Shown piece by piece: positions 57,622 through 64,000 of a stretch of DNA of 64,000 nucleotides (positions within the stretch are counted from its first letter, which is position 1; every line of letters starts with the position of its first letter). The position numbers were made by a program, and so were the translations under genes. Under the pieces are notes generated by a model. The model had not been told where the DNA came from. It ran no database searches and saw only the letters and a program-made list of their open reading frames with translations. Source of the DNA: a virus; IMG/VR virus record IMGVR_UViG_3300025168_000047, positions 1 to 64,000 of that record; one strand, 5' to 3'.

Positions 57622-58026
57622 ATGAAGAAACACGACGATCCAAACTACATTGCAAAGGTTGAAAAAGCCATCGCACAGAAATACGGCCAAGAAACTATCC
57701 AACATCCGCGCTCTGATTGGTCAGACGAAAAAGAGAAGGATTATTTAGAACAGCTTAAAAGATTGGCCGAGAAAGAAACTAAGAGTGCAGACAAAACTGA
57801 AAAGGTTGAAAAGTCCGGGTTTTTAATCAGTAAAAAACTACTTAATAAAAGAAGTGAAAGGGGTTGTCCCGTTTGTGGAATATACTCTTTTGATACAAAA
57901 GACGATCTTTACATGAACAAATATGAATGTTGTTGGGAATGCTACATTCAATATGTTGATGGTAGAGAGGAAAGATGGAAAACTGGCTGGAGACCAAATA
58001 ATGAAAATCACAAAAGCGAGACTTAA
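57622..58026 (+). CDS. Hypothetical zinc-finger protein
   Basis: CPVC...CCWEC and C-terminal WKTGWRP. Confidence 0.7.
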   Translation: MKKHDDPNYIAKVEKAIAQKYGQETIQHPRSDWSDEKEKDYLEQLKRLAEKETKSADKTEKVEKSGFLISKKLLNKRSERGCPVCGIYSFDTKDDLYMNKYECCWECYIQYVDGREERWKTGWRPNNENHKSET

Positions 58027-58525
58027 GGAACTTATCACAGAGGAAGTTAGATCAATTCAGGGACAAAACCTCTCTAATGAAGCTGCATATGCTGATATTT
58101 TAAATCATATCACACCAATCATCCGTCAGGCCCTAGGTCCAAATGCTAATCTTTATAAGGTTTTGACTGGTATGGCTGAGATGTATGCCAGAGAAGAATG
58201 GAGCCCCGATTCTATTAATGAAGATGGGCACGTTGACGTATCGTCTGCTCGCAGAAAGTTAAAGACCTCTATCGAAGACGCAATGCAGATTTTGCAAGCT
58301 CTTGAGGCAATGCCAGAGGAAGGCGATCTACCTAGCTGGTGGATGAGCAAGCTTACGTTATCAGCAGACTATCTTAATAAAACAAGAGATTACTTATTGG
58401 TTCAGGAAGGCAAAGAAAACGAAAACAACCCATGGGCAATCTGCACAGCTTCAGTCGGAAGAGAAGACGAAGGCAAGTATGAGAGTTGTGTGAAGAGTGT
58501 TAAGAAACAAAACAAGAAGAAATAA
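58001..58525 (+). CDS. Hypothetical head-associated protein
   Basis: GGAG upstream of ATG 58001; begins MKITKARLKELITEE; ACTACTTA at 57837-57844 upstream. Confidence 0.6.
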   Translation: MKITKARLKELITEEVRSIQGQNLSNEAAYADILNHITPIIRQALGPNANLYKVLTGMAEMYAREEWSPDSINEDGHVDVSSARRKLKTSIEDAMQILQALEAMPEEGDLPSWWMSKLTLSADYLNKTRDYLLVQEGKENENNPWAICTASVGREDEGKYESCVKSVKKQNKKK

Positions 58526-58549
58526 ACTTAGTGTTTGCGAAAGCACAAA

Positions 58550-58557
58550 ACTATTTA
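58550..58557 (+). promoter_or_regulatory. Candidate late promoter (ACTATTTA), preceded by GNRA hairpin at 58531-58546
   Basis: Intergenic; GTGTTT-GCGA-AAGCAC hairpin just upstream. Confidence 0.55.
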
Positions 58558-58584
58558 TTAGGCAACATTTCTAGGAGAATTTAA

Positions 58585-59100
58585 ATGGCAACAGTAATGG
58601 ACATTATTAAAGGTATTTCACAGGCCGCCGCAAACGCTTACGACGGTGCCCACGATGCAAGAGCCGCATCTGACGGCGAAGCACGAACAGCAGGTCTCAA
58701 AAGAGAGCAGGGTGACATGAATATCGAAGCGAGAGTTATGGACGCATTTAACGTAAGATTCCATGGTGACCGCCTTTCTGTTCATTATCATGGTGGCTGT
58801 AGGTTAAAAGAAACTCACGACCGAAGTACATTCGAGAATGAGATTAACCAGCATCTTGCAGATGTTGTTAAATATCTTAAGAAAGAATACAAAAAGATCA
58901 CAGGCGATACTCTGACCCTCACACAGGAAGGTGACTCGGATATCTTGGTTCAATACATTAGTCGCATCCGTTGCGATGTTCAGGCTACACAAATGTATAA
59001 GATTGGTGGAATGGATGGTGTCGTTGACGCAAAAGATTCTTCTGAAGATCGTCTTGATGATGCAATTAAAAATTGGTTGAAACTCGGCAAGGGTGGGTAA
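58585..59100 (+). CDS. Hypothetical protein upstream of terminase
   Basis: AGGAG RBS; no recognised motif. Confidence 0.7.
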   Translation: MATVMDIIKGISQAAANAYDGAHDARAASDGEARTAGLKREQGDMNIEARVMDAFNVRFHGDRLSVHYHGGCRLKETHDRSTFENEINQHLADVVKYLKKEYKKITGDTLTLTQEGDSDILVQYISRIRCDVQATQMYKIGGMDGVVDAKDSSEDRLDDAIKNWLKLGKGG

Positions 59101-59108
59101 GAAGGTGA

Positions 59109-60695
59109 ATGGGACACCAACTCACAAAGAAAGAGATCACAAGAGAAATTCTCAAGTGTGGTAAAGACCCCGTTTATTTCATCAACAACTATGCTAAGAT
59201 TTCCCACCCGATGCACGGGTTGGTACCTTTTAAGCTTTATGATTATCAAGCTGATTTAGTCGAGGACTTTAACGACTATCGTTTTAATATTATCCTTAAA
59301 GCTCGACAACTCGGTATCTCGACAGTGACTGCGGCATACATTGCATGGATGATGATCTTTCACCGAGATAAGAACATTCTTGTTATGGCAACGAAGTTTG
59401 GAACAGCAGGAAACTTAGTTAAGAAAGTAAAGGCTATTGTTAAGCATCTGCCACCATGGATTCGAATATCAAATGTTTCTATTGATAACAGAACTTCTTT
59501 CGAACTCTCCAATGGATCTCAGATTAAAGCATCTTCAACTTCTGGTGACGCAGGTCGTTCGGAAGCCCTGTCACTTCTTGTAATTGACGAGGCCGCACAT
59601 GTTGACGGTCTAGACGAGTTGTGGACAGGGCTTTATCCTACATTGTCCACAGGTGGTCGCTGCATCGCACTTTCAACACCAAACGGTGTCGGAAACTGGT
59701 TTCACAAAAGCTATACAGATTCAGCGATTCAACAAAACGACTTTCATCCAACAGAATTAATGTGGGATGTACATCCGGAACGCGATCAAGAATGGTTTGA
59801 GCATGAAACAAGAAATATGTCGCGACGACAGATCGCACAGGAGCTTGAATGTAATTTCAATACTTCTGGTGAGACAGTCGTTCACCCGGACGATATCGCA
59901 TATATGCTAGAACAAACTTGCGAACCAAAATATAGAACTGGATTCGACAGAAATTTTTGGATTTGGGAAAGCTATCTTCCCGAATGCACTTATTTGATCT
60001 CGGCAGACGTCGCAAGGGGCGACGGCAAAGACTATTCTGTCTTTCACGTTTTCAATTTAGATACAATGGAGATTATCGCAGAGTATCAAGGAAAGGTCAC
60101 TCCAGATGTTTTCTCTCAGATCCTTGCAGACGCTGGAAAAGAGTATGGTGATTGTCTGGTTGTGGTAGAAAACAACACTGTTGGCTTTGCAGTATTAGAT
60201 AAATTAAAAGAGAAGGGGTATCCAAATGTTTACCATTCTATTAAATCAAGTCACGAGCAGATTGATCAAGTTCAAGCAGAATTTAACAACTCTGCCGTTG
60301 CAGGATTTACCACGTCTTTAAAGACACGACCAATGATTGTTGCGAAAATGGAAGAGTTTGTAAGAAATAAACTAGTTAAGGTGTATTCATCCAGACTTTT
60401 AAATGAATTTAAGACTTTCATTTGGAACAACGGTCGCCCACAAGCTATGCGCAGTTATCATGATGATTTAATCATGGCTTTTGCAATTGGATGTTGGGTA
60501 AAGGATACAGCATTTGCTGAGGCCCAACGAGACGTGCAATATCAAAAAGCCATCTTAAATTCTATGAAGAAAAGTGATAGTATTATGAATACAACCATAT
60601 CCGGAATGCAAGGGTACAGACCTACAAACAGTTCGGAGAAAGCAAAAAAAGAAGCTGAAAAGAATAAAGACTTTATGTGGCTCTTTAAAGGATAA
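59109..60695 (+). CDS. terL: Terminase large subunit (T4 gp17-like)
   Basis: DPVYFINNY, LYDYQ, KARQLGIST (Walker A), LLVIDEAAH (Walker B), LSTPNG, nuclease ADVARGDGKDYS, ENN, HDDL. Confidence 0.95.
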   Translation: MGHQLTKKEITREILKCGKDPVYFINNYAKISHPMHGLVPFKLYDYQADLVEDFNDYRFNIILKARQLGISTVTAAYIAWMMIFHRDKNILVMATKFGTAGNLVKKVKAIVKHLPPWIRISNVSIDNRTSFELSNGSQIKASSTSGDAGRSEALSLLVIDEAAHVDGLDELWTGLYPTLSTGGRCIALSTPNGVGNWFHKSYTDSAIQQNDFHPTELMWDVHPERDQEWFEHETRNMSRRQIAQELECNFNTSGETVVHPDDIAYMLEQTCEPKYRTGFDRNFWIWESYLPECTYLISADVARGDGKDYSVFHVFNLDTMEIIAEYQGKVTPDVFSQILADAGKEYGDCLVVVENNTVGFAVLDKLKEKGYPNVYHSIKSSHEQIDQVQAEFNNSAVAGFTTSLKTRPMIVAKMEEFVRNKLVKVYSSRLLNEFKTFIWNNGRPQAMRSYHDDLIMAFAIGCWVKDTAFAEAQRDVQYQKAILNSMKKSDSIMNTTISGMQGYRPTNSSEKAKKEAEKNKDFMWLFKG

Positions 60696-60700
60696 AACAA

Positions 60701-62647
60701 ATGGCAGGTAGATACGGAAAAACTAACAACCCTCGGAACACAGATTCTAGATTATTTAAACAATTGACTAGATTGTTTTCTGGACCTATTGTAAATTACA
60801 GAAGGCAGATTCCGAGAAAGAACAAAAGACGTCACTTAGACAAACATCAGTTTAAGTCAGCGTCCGGAAAGCAATTTAAAAAGGTCGCCTACGATCCGTT
60901 TGAGAATTTATCTTCAATGCTCCTTCAGAATCAGGGCCGCGTTGAGAGATACGGCGACTTTGATCAAATGGAATATGAACCAATCATCGCATCAGCTTTA
61001 GATATTTATGCAGACGAGATGACAACTTCTTCTGATTTACAGCCTTTGCTTTCGATTAAGTGCCCGAATGAAGAGATTAAGGCGATCTTGAGTACATTAT
61101 ATCATCAAGTTTTGAATCTTGAGTTCAATCTTTTTGGATGGTGTCGTTCGATGTGCAAGTATGGAGACTTATTTCTTTATTTAGATATCGATGAATCAAT
61201 GGGGATTCAAAATGTAATCGGTTTACCTTCTCATGAGGTTGAGAGATTAGAAGGCGAAGACAAGACAAATCCAAATTATGTTCAATATCAGTGGAACACT
61301 GGTGGTTTAACTTTTGAAAACTGGCAGGTTGGCCATTTTCGTATTCTTGGAAACGACAAGTATGCCCCTTACGGAACCTCTGTCTTAGAAGCTTCTCGTC
61401 GTATCTTTAGGCAGCTTACTTTGTTAGAAGACGCTGTTATGGCCTATCGTATTGTTCGCTCACCAGAACGTCGCGTGTTTTATATTGACGTCGGCGGTGT
61501 TGCACCAGAAGATGTGGAACAATATATGCAGAAGGTTATGACGCAAATGAAGCGAAATCAGATCGTTGACTCAACAACAGGTCGAGTCGACCTTCGTTAC
61601 AATCCTTTAAGCATTGAGGAAGACTACTTTGTTCCAACAAGGGGGAACACGTCTTCTAGAATTGAGAATCTCCCCGGTGGAGCATACTCCGGAGATATTG
61701 ACGATGTTAAATATTTAAAGGACAAGCTTTTTGCAGCACTCAAAGTACCTCAGGCTTATTTGTTTAGAGGCGAAGGTGCAGAAGAGGACAAAGCGACTCT
61801 TGCACAGAAAGATATTCGTTTTGCAAGAACAATTCAGAGATTGCAAAGAGCGATTGTTGCAGAATTAGAAAAAATTGGTATTATTCACCTTTATACTTTA
61901 GGTTATAGGCATGAGGATCTTGTTTCATTCAAGTTATTCCTTAATAATCCATCTAAGATTGCAGAACTTCAAGAGCTTGAGCATTGGAGAACGAAATTTG
62001 ACACTGCCGGCGCAGCAACTGAGGGTTACTTCTCAAAACGCTGGGTTGCCGAGCACATCTTCAGTCTTTCTGAAGAAGAATTTGTTCGCAATCAAAGAGA
62101 GATGTTCTATGATCGCAAGTTCGAGGCGATGCTTGAAGCCGAATCGGAAGCAGGTCTTGAAGCCGCAGCCGGCGATCTGGGCGACCTCGGAGATGATGAC
62201 CTTGGAGGTGAAGATCTCGGAGGTGAGGACTTAGGAGGTGAAGATCTCGGTGCCGACTTAGGCGGAGAAGAGTTCGGAGCCGAAGAAGACGAAGATAACG
62301 TCCTTCTCGCCGAACCCGGCAAAAGAGATGAATATACAAAACCCGGCTGGAAGGGTGCAACCTATACAAAGGTTGAGGACACACGCGGAGATCGTCGTTC
62401 CCGTGGAGCGAGATATCGTAGTAATATTTCAAAAGGCGGAGACTCAGTTGGCCGTAACACAAGAAGGAATACTTTTAAGGGATACTCAGAATTATCTAGT
62501 TTAGCAAACCTTACTTATGAACAAAAAGAGACTACTTATAATGACAGCGAAGAGCAGAAGCTGTTTGAAACAAAAACTGCCGTAAAAAACCTAATCACAG
62601 AGTTAGAAAAAAAGGATTTGAAAAAGGATGAAAAAGTTGAAGCATAA
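60701..62647 (+). CDS. gp20: Portal vertex protein (T4 gp20-like)
   Basis: LEDAVMAYRIVRSPERRVFYIDVG, EEDYFVP, IENLPGG, IDDVKY...LKVP, DIRFARTIQRLQ. Confidence 0.95.
   Translation: MAGRYGKTNNPRNTDSRLFKQLTRLFSGPIVNYRRQIPRKNKRRHLDKHQFKSASGKQFKKVAYDPFENLSSMLLQNQGRVERYGDFDQMEYEPIIASALDIYADEMTTSSDLQPLLSIKCPNEEIKAILSTLYHQVLNLEFNLFGWCRSMCKYGDLFLYLDIDESMGIQNVIGLPSHEVERLEGEDKTNPNYVQYQWNTGGLTFENWQVGHFRILGNDKYAPYGTSVLEASRRIFRQLTLLEDAVMAYRIVRSPERRVFYIDVGGVAPEDVEQYMQKVMTQMKRNQIVDSTTGRVDLRYNPLSIEEDYFVPTRGNTSSRIENLPGGAYSGDIDDVKYLKDKLFAALKVPQAYLFRGEGAEEDKATLAQKDIRFARTIQRLQRAIVAELEKIGIIHLYTLGYRHEDLVSFKLFLNNPSKIAELQELEHWRTKFDTAGAATEGYFSKRWVAEHIFSLSEEEFVRNQREMFYDRKFEAMLEAESEAGLEAAAGDLGDLGDDDLGGEDLGGEDLGGEDLGADLGGEEFGAEEDEDNVLLAEPGKRDEYTKPGWKGATYTKVEDTRGDRRSRGARYRSNISKGGDSVGRNTRRNTFKGYSELSSLANLTYEQKETTYNDSEEQKLFETKTAVKNLITELEKKDLKKDEKVEA
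62171..62280 (+). repeat. Acidic GGEDL pentapeptide repeat in portal C-terminal extension
   Basis: GDLGDLGDDDLGGEDLGGEDLGGEDLGADLGGEEFG. Confidence 0.8.
62531..62538 (+). promoter_or_regulatory. Candidate late promoter (ACTACTTA) inside portal 3' end
   Basis: About 90 nt upstream of ORF 62628. Confidence 0.4.
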
Positions 62648-63461
62648 TAAGAAAAGAAATACCGCTTTTCTTTACGAGACCCTCGTACGAGAACTTACTA
62701 AATCTATCGTAAAAAAGAATAATGAGCGCAAAGAAAAATTAATGGAAACCATTAAAGAGTTTTTTGGCAAGGATAAGCTTCTTGCAAAGGAACTGGAACT
62801 TTATAAATCGCTTTGCGAGACATATGACATGGAACCACACGTTGCCGAGAAGCTAATTTTTGAAATTAGAAAGAAGCACGACACTTTAAATAAAAAGGAT
62901 CTGTTCAACGAGCAAAGCTCTCTTATTAAAAAGATGAATATGATCGTTTCTAAAAGCGCCTTTTCTAGTTTTGTGCCAAATTATAAGAATCTTGCAACTG
63001 TTTATCAAATTTTTAATCAAGACACCCCAACAAAAGAAAGAGTTCTTTTAGAAAGTAAGATGTTGCATACGATGACAAAAAAGGCGAAAGAAGTAATTCA
63101 AGAAATGAAGCCGATTGATGACCTCACTTTCAAAACATTTGTTGAAAAGTTTAATACAGAATATTCTGGAAAGCTCATCAACGAACAGAAAGAGCTTTTA
63201 ACAAAGTATATTTCTTCTTTTATCGACAACGGCATTGAGTTAAAGATCTTTTTAAATGAAGAACTTGGAAGATTGAAGAAAATTGTTACTGAATCTGCAT
63301 CTATGGAAGAAGTCAAGAATGACGAAGAAATGAGCGAGAAGACAAAAAAGGTCTTGGAGATCATCGAAGATTTTAAAAACCATAAGATTGGCAAAGAGCT
63401 TATCGAAAAGATCTTGAAAATTCAAAATTTAGCTAGCGAGATTCAAACAGATGTCAATTGA
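62628..63461 (+). CDS. Hypothetical head-morphogenesis-region protein
   Basis: KHNKKRNTAFLYE start; AAGGA upstream; overlaps the portal end; helical. Confidence 0.7.
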   Translation: MKKLKHNKKRNTAFLYETLVRELTKSIVKKNNERKEKLMETIKEFFGKDKLLAKELELYKSLCETYDMEPHVAEKLIFEIRKKHDTLNKKDLFNEQSSLIKKMNMIVSKSAFSSFVPNYKNLATVYQIFNQDTPTKERVLLESKMLHTMTKKAKEVIQEMKPIDDLTFKTFVEKFNTEYSGKLINEQKELLTKYISSFIDNGIELKIFLNEELGRLKKIVTESASMEEVKNDEEMSEKTKKVLEIIEDFKNHKIGKELIEKILKIQNLASEIQTDVN

Positions 63462-64000
63462 AATTAAAGTAGGCTCAGATGCAGTAGCAGAGGAAGAGAA
63501 GCCAGTACAAGCTTCGATGACCCTTAATGCCCGCAAATCTCTTGATGGCAACATTATGATTTTTGATCATGAAGAAATCGACATTGTTGTAATGCCTGCT
63601 GAAAACAAGGTCGTTGCGTTTCCAAAAGATCTCATGGAAGACGCAGTGTATGCTGCCCAAGATCGTCTTTTTTATCACTTAATAAAGAAGGGAATCATCT
63701 TACCAGAGTCTGTCCATGGCGGAAACGTATATGGTTCTCTCGAAGGCGCTATTGCCACACCGATTCAAGAAGATGTTAGCGCAACACAAACCGCAGTATT
63801 TTCAATTGGTAAGTTTCTTTCGGAAGAAAAACCATATTTTGAAACATATAAGAATTATGAAGAAGATGGGATGGAGGATCTTACTGATCCGGATCCCGAA
63901 GATTCAACTGAACTCGGAGAAGTACCTCACGAGACAGAAAAGGGATCTTTACGAAAGGGCTGGATTCGCGGCCCTTACGGCATGACCTATACATATCGTT
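63451..64000 (+). CDS. Hypothetical protein, 3'-partial
   Basis: ATG 63451 (MSIEIKVG...) opens a frame with no stop to the window end; overlaps the previous stop. Missing from the ORF track because it is incomplete. Confidence 0.7.
   Translation, partial: MSIEIKVGSDAVAEEEKPVQASMTLNARKSLDGNIMIFDHEEIDIVVMPAENKVVAFPKDLMEDAVYAAQDRLFYHLIKKGIILPESVHGGNVYGSLEGAIATPIQEDVSATQTAVFSIGKFLSEEKPYFETYKNYEEDGMEDLTDPDPEDSTELGEVPHETEKGSLRKGWIRGPYGMTYTYR

Noticed and set aside
1066-58000. Upstream start extensions in the ORF track (1066, 4274, 33853, 44403, 49285, 50074, 57923)
   Set aside because: They overlap upstream genes; downstream ATGs fit RBS, promoter or stop-start coupling better.
45005-62647. Inteins, introns or homing endonucleases in primase, terminase or portal
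   Set aside because: Motifs are contiguous and core lengths ordinary; no intein splice or LAGLIDADG/HNH motifs seen.
63716-63985. 89-aa ORF in the track
   Set aside because: Alternative frame inside the longer open frame starting at 63451.
1-64000. Stop-codon reassignment as in some large phages
   Set aside because: Very long ORFs are intact under the standard code, and TAA, TAG and TGA all end genes at sensible junctions.

Overview
64 kb of a large tailed dsDNA phage genome with T4-like myovirus morphogenesis genes. All supportable genes are on the + strand, densely packed, often overlapping at stop/start, and use the standard genetic code. Order: nucleotide-sugar/glycosylation genes (2OG-Fe(II)-like oxygenase, GT2, epimerase, short UDP-glucose dehydrogenase); gp55-like late sigma factor; three tandem paralogues sharing an N-terminal gp5-OB-like domain, each with a different enzyme (SGNH esterase, DUF3380-type muramidase, Amidase_2), then a probable spike; a large baseplate/structural block (2692 aa, gp25, gp6, 3586 aa and others); RuvC, primase and a fused Mre11-Rad50; a small membrane/lysis-like cassette; two repeat-rich fibres with S74 chaperones; terminase; portal. 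Sequence-level signals: a recurrent ACTAHTTA late-promoter candidate, sigma70-type promoters, a long structured leader before one fibre gene, apparent absence of CCWGG, [ST]-[GAS]-[ST] enrichment in some virion proteins, and C-terminal GGxY tails. No tRNA, rRNA, CRISPR or mobile element was found. All family calls are by motif recognition, not database search.
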